DNA of 64,000 bases from Caecitellus pseudoparvulus (Eukaryota > Protista > Bigyra: Bicosoecida), in contig CBFFRQ010000013.1 in NCBI GenBank assembly GCA_965644315.1, positions 806,001 through 870,000 on the forward strand. The letters are read 5' to 3'. Shown here in pieces: positions 21,533 to 32,893 of this stretch. Both the position numbers and the translations under genes were made by a program. How positions within the stretch are numbered: position 1 is the first letter of the stretch; every line of letters starts with the position of its first letter. Below the pieces are notes generated by a model. That model was given only the letters and a program-made list of their open reading frames with translations. It ran no database searches and was not told the DNA's origin.

Positions 21533-24049
21533 ATGGCAATTTCCGCACAAGTGCTTCACGCGAGTGGCGACGCCGTGCTGCCCGCCGAACCCCCAGGCCC
21601 GAGCGACGTGGCCGTGTCGATGATCCATCCCGAGAGGGTTCACTTGGAGCAGCTGCACCCTGCGCTGCCGTCAGTCGTGTGCACCATCGCTGAGCTGCTC
21701 GCGAGCGCGCCTGGTGGCTTGCCTTGCGATGAGTTGCTCGCAGCGTTTCCAACACGGCGCGCCGACGGCCGCAGCCTGTCCGAGCTCCTGCCCCCAGAGG
21801 CACAAGATGATCCCATTTCCTGGCTGCTGCTGGATGCGGGGTGCTCTTACTTCTCCCAGCGGCGGCCCGGCGGCCCAGTCGTGCTGCAGCCAAACGATTC
21901 CCTTCAAGTGCGGCCTCACGCTGCCACGCCCACGCCCACACCCACAGCAGCAGCAGCAGCAGCACCGAGGCCAGTGGATGCAAGCAAGTGTCCGCATGGA
22001 TTCACGCTCGCCGCAGAGGTGGTGGCGGACCTGGAGCGGCGCCGCCCGAACTCCGGCAACGCGGCCGCACTGTGGGTGCAGCTGCTGTCCCTGACCCCCC
22101 AGCGCAGCGGCTTGCGCAGCTCCATCGGCATTTCCTTCAGCTCCAAGACCGGGGCCCGGGCGTCTAAGATTGTGCCCCGCCAGCTTCCGGGCGTGCACGG
22201 CCTGCAGTCGCTGACCCTGGACATACACCACCCCAGCATCATTCCAGCTCCACGGCCCGTTGCCGCTGCAGTGGCCGCCTTCCTGGGCGAGGGTGGAGCA
22301 GAGAAAGAGGAGGAAGAGGGGGAGGGGGGCATGGTTGGCGCTGATGCCTCCGCCTCCCGTGTCTCCTCGCCACACCCCCCTCCTCCCAACACACACGCCT
22401 CAGAGACACACACACACCCCAGTCAGCTCCCCGCTCAACCCGCGCCTTCAACGAGCGCTGTACTGGACGATGCACCCCCCCCTCCCCCTGCCAAGCGACC
22501 GCGCATGGGCGACGTCCCCTCTGAAGTGGACGTGTGGCGGGCACAGGACACCATGGCCGATTTTGACATTGACGCCGAGCTGCAGGGAGTGCAGGTGCTG
22601 GACCCCATCTTGCAGCCCCCTGAGCAGCCCGAGTCCGGCCCCAGAGCTCCGGCTGTCGTGCAATGCGGTAGCCTGCAGAACATGGCCGCTCTGGGGCACC
22701 TGCCCCTGCACGTGGCCAAGGCGGCCTGCGGCGACGGCTTCTTCCCTGAGAAGCTGCAGCAGGAGGGGATCAGGGACCTGAACCACTTCTTTGGGCTGCA
22801 GACAGCCCTGGCGGAGCACGTGGCCAGTGCTCGGGCGGACCTGGCAGAGCGCTGGGAGCACCTCGTCACGCACATGCGCCCTCGACCGCCCAGGCCTGGG
22901 GTGCCCCACATTCCCTGCCCTCCCCACGTGCAGAGTGACCCAGACGCCAGGCTGAGCCACGAGGAGGTGCTGGCTGCCCTCGCGGCAGAGGTGGCTGTGA
23001 CGCCCATGTTGCGGCTCCTGCTGCAAGGGCGCGAGGCTGAGCGCCACGTTCTGCGTGTGCGCAACACGCCGCAGCTGCAGGGCCTGTCTCCGCCACAGCT
23101 CTTCCTGCACGCAGGGCGCAGTCTGCTGCACGAGGTCATGTCTGAGGCCAGTGCCACTGCGCGGTGGGCGGGCGGGGAGGGCCGCGTGCGGGATGCACCG
23201 CCGCCGCTCGCCGCAGTGGAGCGTCTCTTCATGGCCGCGAAGCTGCCGCCGCAGCCCGCCTTGGTGAAGCACAAGCCGTACAGCGACCTCAGGCAGCAGC
23301 ACCTGACAGACGTGCTGCCGAGCCAGGCCGAGCTGACGCTGATTGGGCAGGACGTGGCTGCACTTGGCAGCCTGGCCTTGCCACAGGCCTCACGCCTGCG
23401 AGCACGCATCTCCAAGGTGTGCCACCCACTGGGACTGTATGTGCAGTGCTTGACCAACCCAGTCAAGTCCAAGTCCACGTACGGACGGTTCTTTACGAAC
23501 CACAGCCAGCTGCGGAACTTGGCACGGACGCTGTTGTCGGAAGGCATCATCACAAAGTCGGACACGTATGTGGACTTCTCGGCTGGGCACAATGACTTTG
23601 GACCCCTGCTTCAGCTCCGTAAGTGGGTGGGCTTTGACCTGTACCCGCCCAGCACACCCCAGCCATCGCAGCACTTTCGCCGGGTGAACTGGTTCAACGT
23701 CAAGAGTCTGCCCAAGGACTGCGTCATCGGGCTGAACCCCCCCTTCGGCAAGCGCGGGGAGCTGGCCCTGCGCTTCCTGGTGCACGCCATGTCCGCCTTT
23801 CGCCCCCGCCTCATCCTCGCCATCATCCCCCGGGACACGCAGTGGCAGCGCCCGGCAGCAAAGTTCGGGTACGCTGTGCACTCCAGCTTCAACACGCTCG
23901 TGGCTGGCAGTGTCTTCTACATCCCTGGCTCCTCCACCAACGTGGGGCAGCAGTGGGCAGCGTCGGGTGCCACCGGGAACATCTCCATCGCCCCCCAAGA
24001 CACGCCCGCCATGCTGGTGCTGAAACGCGGCGCTGCTGGGCAATCTTGA
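21533..24049 (+). CDS. Protein with C-terminal EDM2-like N6-adenine-methyltransferase-like domain
   Basis: STYGRFFT...DTYVDFSAGHNDF...GFDLYPP...NWF...IGLNPPFG...FRPRLILAIIP parallels the plant EDM2 C-terminal domain as I recall it. Confidence 0.72.
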   Translation: MAISAQVLHASGDAVLPAEPPGPSDVAVSMIHPERVHLEQLHPALPSVVCTIAELLASAPGGLPCDELLAAFPTRRADGRSLSELLPPEAQDDPISWLLLDAGCSYFSQRRPGGPVVLQPNDSLQVRPHAATPTPTPTAAAAAAPRPVDASKCPHGFTLAAEVVADLERRRPNSGNAAALWVQLLSLTPQRSGLRSSIGISFSSKTGARASKIVPRQLPGVHGLQSLTLDIHHPSIIPAPRPVAAAVAAFLGEGGAEKEEEEGEGGMVGADASASRVSSPHPPPPNTHASETHTHPSQLPAQPAPSTSAVLDDAPPPPPAKRPRMGDVPSEVDVWRAQDTMADFDIDAELQGVQVLDPILQPPEQPESGPRAPAVVQCGSLQNMAALGHLPLHVAKAACGDGFFPEKLQQEGIRDLNHFFGLQTALAEHVASARADLAERWEHLVTHMRPRPPRPGVPHIPCPPHVQSDPDARLSHEEVLAALAAEVAVTPMLRLLLQGREAERHVLRVRNTPQLQGLSPPQLFLHAGRSLLHEVMSEASATARWAGGEGRVRDAPPPLAAVERLFMAAKLPPQPALVKHKPYSDLRQQHLTDVLPSQAELTLIGQDVAALGSLALPQASRLRARISKVCHPLGLYVQCLTNPVKSKSTYGRFFTNHSQLRNLARTLLSEGIITKSDTYVDFSAGHNDFGPLLQLRKWVGFDLYPPSTPQPSQHFRRVNWFNVKSLPKDCVIGLNPPFGKRGELALRFLVHAMSAFRPRLILAIIPRDTQWQRPAAKFGYAVHSSFNTLVAGSVFYIPGSSTNVGQQWAASGATGNISIAPQDTPAMLVLKRGAAGQS

Positions 24050-24063
24050 CGCCGTGCATTGCT

Positions 24064-26459
24064 TCACACCTCATGGCTGGTGCTGCCGTAGTGCTCATGC
24101 CGCTGTGCGTGGGCGGCACGCATCTCGGCGCCAGCGGGGCTGCCCATGAACCCGGGGTTGCCCAGGCCTGGGCTGGGCGGCACGGTGCGTGGCCCTGTGG
24201 CCTCTCGCGCCTCCATGCGCTCATAGTCGGGGTCCTGCTTGCCGCCCTTGCCGCTGCACCGGCCCGTGTACCACATGGCAAAGCCGACTCCAAACACCAC
24301 CACCACCAAGGCGCCCATTGCAATGAAGGCACCCTCCTCCCCAGGGGACAGGGGCCCGCCGCTGCCGCCGCTGTTGCTGCCACTGCTGCCGCCTGGCGTG
24401 GCGGGGGTAGGGGCCGCCTTGAAGATGGCCCACTTGTCTGCGATGGCGCCGGTGGTGACGTCCCGGAACGTTGCGAACAGGTGTGTTGCGTTGGCCACCT
24501 CCAGGTTAATGTACCCGAACCAGTAATCCTGCACCTCCACAAATGCAGGCACGGGGTCCGTCTCCTGGTTGTTGGAGAAGCCGGCGCCAGCGGAGCCCAC
24601 CAGCACGTGCACAGTGGTGGGCGGGTGGTCGTACACGGCCCAGGTGCCGGCCATGCCAGACGGCGACACGGTGTGCTGGGGTGACGAGCGGGCCAGGCAC
24701 TTGCCACCGTTGGCGGCACAGTATCGCTGCATGGCGTGGTTGTGCCCATACACAGCCAAGTCCACTCCGTGTGCGTGCAGCAGCGGCTCCAAGTGGTCCC
24801 GCATCAGCTGTGCGACCACCTGGTCGGACATGGAGCCGGTGTTGTAGGTGGATGAGATGTACATGGGGCGGTGGGCGCCAAACACCACCCACGGCGTCAC
24901 GGAGCGGTCCACCGCCGCCAGGTCTGCTGCCAGCCACTGCCACTGCTCGGAGCCGGTGGTGAAGTTGTACTCTGTGCTGATGGCCACGACGTGGACGTGG
25001 CCGACATCCCAGGACCACCAGGGGGCGTTGTAGCTGGGGCGGGGCATCTGGAACTGCGCCAGGGTTGGCACGCTGCACTCGCCACCGCTGTCGCCTCCCT
25101 CCGTTGCGCGGCCTGGGTAGAAGGTCGGGCGCATGCCGGGGTGGAAGGTCTTGGCTGGCGTGTCGCTCTCGTGGTTGCCGGTGTTGATGCCGTATGCCAC
25201 CTGGCTCGCCACGGGCGTCAGCTGCCGCAGCCAGTCATCCCAGACTGACGCGAAGCCCTGTGCATAGCCCAGGTCGCCGAAGTGTGCGATGGCGTGGATG
25301 GCGCCCGCGTCCAGGTCTGCCTGCAGGTACTTGGTGGTGTTCACACTGGCCTCGCCGTAGTGGAACCACGTGAAGCTGTCATCGTACGTGCCCCGGCCCA
25401 TGTCGGCGTACACGGTCAGCTTGGTCACGCCCGGTGCGCCGGGGGGCGGCGGCACGTACAGGCTGTGCACGGGGGAGGTGGCCTGCCCGTCACCAAAGAC
25501 GTAGTACACCTTTTCGCCGGCTGGCAGGCCTGCCAGCAGCGCTGAGTGGATGTAGCCGGGGTCACGGAAGCCAGTGGTGGTGGCTGGTGCCGCGCACATG
25601 TCCTCCGCACCGTACGTCGTGCTGGTCACCTGCAGCGCACGGTTGGTCAAGGACGCCACGTCGGTGCCCCACCGGGCGAAGAGGCCGGGCCGGACTGACG
25701 CAGAGTTCCACTGCAGGCGCACGGTGCCTGCTGCTGCAGTGGGCACGATGCGGGCCTGCAGCGGTGTGTTGGCGTCCTCCACCGCCACCGTGGGGCTGAC
25801 GCCCTGGGCAACACAGCCCGCAGGCCAGGGGCCTGTGGGGTTCACAGCACAGTTGAAAAAGACGAAGCGCACGTCCTGCCGGTAGTTGGGCAGGTTGAAC
25901 GTGAGGTGCTGAGTGGTCTGCGTGCTGCACGAGTCCTGGCAGGCCATCGCGAAGCGCATGGGTACCTTGGCCGTGACGTCATCTTGGGAACCATACAGGC
26001 CCACCCAGCCCTTGTCTGCGAAAGAGCGCGGGGAAGAAGTGCGCTGATGTGCGGGCGATGCTTCCAGCACTCATGCTCGAGAAGGGATGACGGTCAATTT
26101 CCGCACTGCCCTACGAGGGCATCCCAGGGCACGCCCCTGCAGCCTTGGCCGGGCGCCAGGGCGGAGGCCTCCGAGCAAATGCACCACGTACCCAGGACGT
26201 CTGTGTTCGACACTGTCAAGGTCACGGTAATCTCCTGCCCATCATGGTACGTGTTTGCGTCGGTGGTAAGATTCACTTCTGTGACGGCAGGCGCCCAAAC
26301 GAGCCCCTCTGGCTTGATCAGCACGAGCTCGTGGTGGGCATCCAAGTCAGAAGGAGAGCTCAAGCCCAACTCCTGCATGAGGGCTTCCTGCGTCAGGGCA
26401 GCCACGCTGCTTAGCGCAGCGGCTGCCAACGCTGCCGTGGCCACTTTTCGGCCAGCCAT
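24064..26459 (-). CDS. Purple acid phosphatase (nucleotide pyrophosphatase type) with signal peptide and C-terminal TM helix
   Basis: All five metal-ligand motifs present (DMG, GDLGY, GNHE, AHRP, GHNH); FN3-like N-terminal region; intron 26191-26016. Confidence 0.92.
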
Positions 26460-26689
26460 GCCTGGCGCTCCGTGTGGGCCTTTGAACGGGCCTGGGGGCG
26501 TCCACAGCACACCTTTGCCAGTCTCGCGTGCGGCCTGGGTGCTCACTGGGCCGTCACGACGATGAGGGTGCAAGCTCTGAGAGTTTGGCTCATCTCTGCT
26601 GCTGCTTTTGGTTCCGTGTATTCGGGGGGGGTTTGCTAGAGTTGCCGTTGGGGGGGGTGCACGCCAGCATTGCCTCGCTCACGCCCTCG

Positions 26690-28502
26690 TCATGCACAGT
26701 GCGCGAGAGCTGCGGCAAAGCGCTCGGCAAAGTCCACTGCACGTGCCTTGCGGGGCACCAGGTCCGCATCAGCCTTTTCTGCTGCGTTTCGGGCTGCTCT
26801 GAGGCGCTGAACACGCTGCTGCCGCGTGCCGCTGCACTTCAGCCCCCACACCAGACACTCCAACTTCAACCCATGCATGTCCACGCCTGCTGCCCATGCA
26901 TCCAGTTCAGCCTCTGACAGCTTTGTCAGCGCTGCGGTGGGTTTGGGCGCCTCAGCAGGGGCCCCTTGAGTGGCTGCCTCGGGTGCGGGGTCCGCAGCGG
27001 GGAGAGATGGGGCAGGTGCCTGTGGGCTCGGGCGAGCAGCGTGAGCGGGTGGCTGAAGGGTGCGCGGGGAGCGTGTCACTGCCCCTGTGCTGGGCTCTGA
27101 CGCTGGGAGCTGCAAGTGGACCACAGCTGCGGAGGCGTTGGTGGCGGGTTGGAAGCCTGGCACTGCGTGCTTCAGGCCGCTGAAGCCCATGTTCAGCTGC
27201 ACAGCGCTGCCCTGTTCGAGGGAGACAGCCGGCATCAGGGGACCTGAGCCAGGTGGCAGGCTGGTGGCGTCAAGGGGCATGTCCACTGGCTCCCCATTCA
27301 CCCGCCACGCCACCCGCCCGTCGCCAAAGCTGAGGGTGCAGGTGACCACATCCCCCACAGTCCACGTGGGCGCGCCAGCCTGCTCTGCCCCCTGGGAGAA
27401 CAGAATGCCACGACTGCCGTCCCACGCCCAGGAGGCAGAGACGTCCCCCACGCCGTCGTGAGGCCCAGCGCCGTCCAGGGCAGCTGGCTGCATCCAGCCA
27501 ACCTGAGCCACGCCCCCCGCAGCTACTGTGACTTCGAATGCCCATGCTCCGCTGCTCACGGTGTGAGAGGGCACTCCCACGGTGGGGAAGGCCTCCACAG
27601 CCACCACGCGGGCCACAGCAGGCACCTGCACTGCTGCGCCAAACACCCCCTCATCCTCGCCCCCCCCCGCCGCCCCCGCCGCGGCGCGCTCCTCGTCCAG
27701 ACTGAAGTACGACACATCCACTGCATCCTCTGCCCCCAGCACCCGGCACCAGAGACCATCCACGACGGGCGCGTGCTGGGGAACCTGCGCCGTGGAGCGA
27801 CTGGCAGCCTCTCGTTGCCGCTTCGTCCGCAGGGCCATACCAGCCCTGATGGATGCCAGGACCCCCCCCTCGCCCTGCTGTGGCCGAGCGGAGTCTGCGT
27901 AGGCCTCCAGGGCTCTGGCCTTGTCTTCCTTGCGCTGCAGCGCCTCCTCCTCAGCAGCAGACTTGCGCGCTTCTGCGATGCGGCCTCGGCGCTGGGCTGC
28001 ATGCAGCAATTGCTTGGCCTTCTTGGCACCCAGCCCTCCAGCCCAGTTGGGAACCGGCAAGTGCCACTGCTTCAAGCCGTTCGGGCCCACTGGCTCGGAG
28101 TAGCGCTCCCCCAGGCGCTTGCGCTTGGCGGCCTCCTCCTCCGTGTTCCATGCTGCGAGGCGCAGCGAGTCGTTCACAGCCCGCAGCCTGCGCCCGTTCA
28201 AGTCGCGGCAGGCGGAGAAATCGAAAGAGGTCGGGCCGCGTGACTTGCCTGAGGCGCGCAGACTGGCGCCAAAGCCGCCCTTGCCCCCACGGAGACCCAC
28301 AGGGCAGATGCGCACCAGGCCGCTGGACTGTAGCGGGCGGCATGCGATCGCTTCCCGGGGCAGGCCGTGTGTGTCCTGTGCATGCAATGGAGGTGGAGGT
28401 TGCCAACGCCAGCTACGGCCTTGCCTTGACATGCATCCTCACCTGCAAGAACCACAGAATGTCCTGCGCTTCACAGGAAGGCACAAGATAGTTAAAGCTC
28501 AT
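26690..28502 (-). CDS. SDE2: SDE2 homolog with an inserted SPRY domain
   Basis: LRGG-KGGFG cleavage motif, CRDLNGRRLRAVN, SPRY motifs (FEVTV...QVGW...GVGD...WAWDG...GDVV), C-terminal GLKCSGTRQQRVQRL; intron 28442-28376. Confidence 0.85.
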
Positions 28503-28691
28503 GGTGTCTACGGCCAAGGCTTGCAGCACCACTGTGCGGGCCAGGAGCCTGCCAGCGGCCTCGCGGGCAGTTGCGATTTCCGCAAGCAGGCGATTGCTTG
28601 ACGGGCTGACAGCACTAGCTGAGAGCTCTCGCTGTGCCAATTTCAAACATCTACGAGAGGTGCATTACCGGGAAGGCGTTTTGTGCAGGTC

Positions 28692-30863
28692 TTACGTGAT
28701 GCTGCAGCCCGGCTCGACCTGCGGCCGCTGCTGAGGGTCGATGCCCCCCTTGACCAGCATCGGGGTGACTTGCTGCCGGCAGTGGGGGGGCATGTTGCGA
28801 AGGGCGTCGGGCAAGTCCGCCCCATGGGCCAGCAGCAGTCGCACAGTGTCAAGCCCTGATGCAGGTGACAGCGTCAACGAGATCAGCGTCGTGCAGAGCA
28901 CCGAACGGCCGTGGGAGGTGCGGGCGGTGACATTGCCACCCGCATCCAGCAGCATCTTGGAGATCTTGGGTTTCCGTGGGCCCAGCAGGGCCAGGGCAGT
29001 TTCCCCACTCGCTGTCACGGCGTTTGGGTCTGCCCCTGCTTCCAGCAGCACTTTGATCATTTCCCTGTTAATCTTGGCACGGCACAGGTGACTCAGCAGC
29101 GCGGTGTACCCGCCGCTCGCCGAGCCGTCCACGAACGCTCCCCGGCGCAGCAGCTCCTTTACGAGGCCCAGGCGATCTGCACCGGCTGCGCTCACGAGGA
29201 CAGGCTCTCGTGTCCTGTGCCCGGGTGCACGGGGGGGATTGAATGGGAAACCAGCCTCCAGTAATGCAAAGCACGCTGCCTCGCCGCCGTACTGAGCAGC
29301 TTGCGCGAGAGCAAGGGTCTGCTCATCCACACCAAGCAAGCCCGAGTCCTTGCCCCACACCAGTGCTGCCACGAGGCCTTGATTCCCAGCTTGCCAGGCA
29401 GCGTCGTGCAGACCGTACAGCTGGTCGCGTTCTGTGCTGCGGCTCAGTGCCCACTCCACGACACGGGGGTCGAACGGGCGCCGCACGAATGCGTGGGAAA
29501 CGGCAGGTGGAATGGTGCAGTGCTGCGCAAAGGAGGCGCCCTCCAACGTGCCCCCTCGAGCCAGAATTTCCTCTGCAAGGGTCAGGTATCCCCCGCTCAC
29601 AGCCATGTGGGCTGGGGACGCCACTGCGTCATCGTTGCGAACGACGGTGAAACCCGTGTTCGCGCCTGCGTCCATGAGCAGTGTGGCGACGCCAGCATGC
29701 CCACGCAGGGCGGCCGCATGCAAGGCAGTTGTAGCAGGGTACTCCTCATCGACGCTGTCCACGCGCAGGCTGATTTCCGGCGACAGCAGCCACTGCACGA
29801 TGTCTTCCTGCCCGCCCCACGCTGCTCCCAGCAGCACGGCGGGCGTCATGGCTTGCCCGGCGTCCACCAAAGCGTGCAGCGCTCCAAGCTGCCCGCCCAT
29901 GGCGATGGTGGGTGCAATGCTTAGACCTCCATCTGGCAAGTGTGGCAGGAGGGCGCGTGCTGCCCACGCTGGGGCAGTGGGGCATGATGACGCGCACAGC
30001 ACGGCGGCGAGAATGGCGGTGAAGCCTGAGCCCGCTTGGCGCATGTCGAAGTCCAGGAACAACTCGTTGTGGAGATCAGCACTTGCTGCAGATGCTGTGC
30101 CAGTGCCCCACTGGCGTAGGCGGATGAGGGGGTCGCGGTCGAGGTCGCTGACTCCAGGAAGCGGAGGCAAGTCGGGTGGGGGCTGTGGGGACCCCTCGCG
30201 CAGCGGCTCAGCCAGAGTCTGCACGCCTTGCAACGCCGCTTCCGCATCCAAAAGACGGCTGGACAGCACATGTGACAGATGAATGGCGCGCTTCCCTTCG
30301 CATTGTGGTGGGAGCGGGGTGCTGTCAGGCTGCCCAGACACCCCCAGCAGGCCGGCCACAAGCGGCCACAGCCCGTACACGGCTGCCTGCGCGACCTGCC
30401 CGGGGACATCCTCCTTGAGGACTGCAGGGGAGCGCACTTCTACCTCCATGCTCGCCCAGGCTTTGGCCACTGCCTCTGCCTCCGCCGGCACTCCTTGAAT
30501 AAGGCCCGGCCGTGTGGCAACTGGCGCCTCGGACGGCGTGCTGGACTCGCAGGCGGCACCGGCACCTGCGCCAGCAACCCCTTCGCGATGGGCTGCCACA
30601 TGCCTACCCAAGCACCACAGACGGACTGCATGTGCGCCCCAAGCCCACCCTGCTCGCTCCATGACGCGCACCGCAACAGCGTCCGCCTCCAGTGGCAAGC
30701 GACGCAAGCTGTGAAAGACTGCAGTGATGCTGTCCAGAGGCAGCGTGTGCGCAGTAGCAGCTTCCCATACAACTGAAGCCACATCAGGATGCTGAGGTGC
30801 GCATTCAGTCAGCGCTGCTTGGTCCAGGGGCTCGGCCAAGTGAAGTGGAGGCTGCGCAGCCAT
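28692..30863 (-). CDS. Ankyrin-repeat protein
   Basis: TALHAAALRGHAGVATLLMDAGAN, SPAHMAVSGG, LLEAGADPN and similar repeats. Confidence 0.88.
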   Translation of the reverse strand: MAAQPPLHLAEPLDQAALTECAPQHPDVASVVWEAATAHTLPLDSITAVFHSLRRLPLEADAVAVRVMERAGWAWGAHAVRLWCLGRHVAAHREGVAGAGAGAACESSTPSEAPVATRPGLIQGVPAEAEAVAKAWASMEVEVRSPAVLKEDVPGQVAQAAVYGLWPLVAGLLGVSGQPDSTPLPPQCEGKRAIHLSHVLSSRLLDAEAALQGVQTLAEPLREGSPQPPPDLPPLPGVSDLDRDPLIRLRQWGTGTASAASADLHNELFLDFDMRQAGSGFTAILAAVLCASSCPTAPAWAARALLPHLPDGGLSIAPTIAMGGQLGALHALVDAGQAMTPAVLLGAAWGGQEDIVQWLLSPEISLRVDSVDEEYPATTALHAAALRGHAGVATLLMDAGANTGFTVVRNDDAVASPAHMAVSGGYLTLAEEILARGGTLEGASFAQHCTIPPAVSHAFVRRPFDPRVVEWALSRSTERDQLYGLHDAAWQAGNQGLVAALVWGKDSGLLGVDEQTLALAQAAQYGGEAACFALLEAGFPFNPPRAPGHRTREPVLVSAAGADRLGLVKELLRRGAFVDGSASGGYTALLSHLCRAKINREMIKVLLEAGADPNAVTASGETALALLGPRKPKISKMLLDAGGNVTARTSHGRSVLCTTLISLTLSPASGLDTVRLLLAHGADLPDALRNMPPHCRQQVTPMLVKGGIDPQQRPQVEPGCSIT

Positions 30864-31097
30864 ATTGGCGTGGTGGTCAGCCAGGCGACGGTTGCGCGAT
30901 TCCCACCAGCCGTCCTTGCCAGCCGACGGGGAGTAAAGAGAGTGCCACAACAAGTCAGGGATCGCAGGAGAAAGCGGTTACTAAGATTCGCGAGGTTCAG
31001 CGCAGCTGCGTACCTTGCATTTTCACAGGCATTGGTTTTGTCGTGGCAGCAACTGTGCCCGGGCAGCTGGCGCGAACGTTCCGGGCAGCAGCCGACC

Positions 31098-32725
31098 TCA
31101 ACTTGGCACCTCCCCAGCCTCCACAACAGCACTCAGGAGTGCCACAGTGCGATCCTGCGCATGCGGACCAAACACCTGCACTGACATGGGCTGGGCGCCA
31201 CTGGCGTGCACTGGCACGGAGCAGGCTGGCCACCCAGCGAGGCTTGGCACGACAGTGTACACATCGTTCAAGAACGCCTCCACAGGGTCCTGCTTAGTGC
31301 CTTGCACCCATGGCCTGCCTGGTGCCGTGGGCGTCACAAAGGCAGTGACTCCCGAGTCAACCGCCGCCGCCGTGAGCTGTCGAAGCAGGGCAGCTCGCAC
31401 CTTGACGGCGCTGGCGAAGAACGCCTCCCGCGCATCGGATGACAGGACATACGAGCCCACCATGATGCGGCGCTGTACCTCTTTGCCAAAGCTCTCACTG
31501 CGCAGCTCTGCTGCCAGAGCGTGCAGGCGTTTAGAGGGATCACTCTCAGACTCTGCAGCCGCCGAGTACTCCGTCCATGGCCTGGCGCCGCCGTACCGGA
31601 GCCCGTTGTACCTGGCCAAGTTGCTGCTGGCCTCTGCAGGTGCGATGACGTAATACGCCGGGAGGGCTGCCGGCAGGCTGGGCAGCGACACGGGCTGCAG
31701 CGTCGCCCCAGCCGCCTGCAGCGTGCCCAGCGCTGACTCCCACGCAGCCACCGCCTCTGGCGCAAGCTCAGCCACCCACGCCTCCCGGATGACGCCAATG
31801 CGGTGGCCAGTCAAGTCCAGTCCAGCACGCTGTGGGTGCAAGAGCGCGGGCTGGAACGCTGACGTGGCGTGCCCGGTGGTCTCACGGGGCCCTGCCGCTG
31901 ACGGGTTTAAGGTGGCCTCCACACCCTGCATGACCTGCTGCAGCAGGTGAGCATGGTCCACGACAGGTGCCACACCACTGGTGGCGTCCCGGGCACTTGG
32001 CCCAGCCAGAGCGTCCACGCATAGGGCTGCGTCCGCCACTGAGCGTGCCAAGACACCAGGCGTGTCCAGGGAGCTGGCGTAAGATGTGAGGCCCCAGCGT
32101 GGCAGCACGCCCCGGGACGGCTTGAACCCGACGATGCCGCAGAAGGCAGCGGGCTGCCGCACGGAGCCGCCCGTGTCGGAGCCCAGGGCCAGAGCTGAAG
32201 CACCGGCTGCCACGGCAGCTGCCGAGCCACCTGAGGAGCCCCCCGGTGTGAGGGCAGGGTCCAGGGGGTTGTACGCGGGACCATGGCAAGAAAACGCCGT
32301 CCCAGAGCCCATGCCGAACTCGTCCATGTTTGCCGTGCCCACCAGGCTGGCCCCTCCAGCGCGCAGTGCCCTCGCAGCAACATCAGCGTCGTAAGGCATG
32401 GGCACACCTGCCAGCATGCGGGAGGCACTGGCGGCGTGTGAGCCCTGGACGAGGAAGTTGTCCTTCAACGCAAAGGGCACACCCGAGAGGGCGTGGTCCG
32501 AGAGCCCGCTGGGTGCGGTCTCAGGCTCCAGCGAAATCAGCGCGTTCAGAGCCCGTGTCCGTGTTGCTGCTGCCACAGCCTGGTGCATGACGTCTGCTGG
32601 AGTGACCAGGCCGCTGCGCATGGCGTGGATGGCCTGGGATGGAAAAGGGGGTGGTGACGTGCGGCCATGCCCGCACGGACAAATGCAACGTGGGGACGCA
32701 CCTTTGCGGCCGCATGCTGTGCCAT
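31098..32725 (-). CDS. gatA: Glutamyl-tRNA(Gln) amidotransferase subunit A (organellar GatA/QRSL1)
   Basis: LKDNF, NMDEFGMGS, GGSSGGSA, GSDTGGSVRQPA, EASSNLARYNGLRYG, FGKEVQRRIMVGSYVLS. Putative short first exon 32725-32702, intron 32701-32634; start uncertain. Confidence 0.93.
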
Positions 32726-32893
32726 GGAGTTTCACGTGAAACGCAGGGCAAGCGCCACACCTGCATAAAAACCACGCACAGGCGATCCCTGACACAGCCC
32801 CCTGGCACACTTGGAGATCAAGTGCCGGATAACGGCGCGCTTTTGATTTATGTGGTGTGTGCATGTGTCTGTGTGGAGTGTCAGAGACGGGAC

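Noticed and set aside
21610-21900. Possible winged-helix/LOTUS-like domain at the N-terminus of the EDM2-like protein
   Set aside because: Only a short LL...PGGL...EL pattern; insufficient without a profile search.
21946-21965. (CAG)n microsatellite
   Set aside because: Short poly-Ala coding tract; unremarkable.
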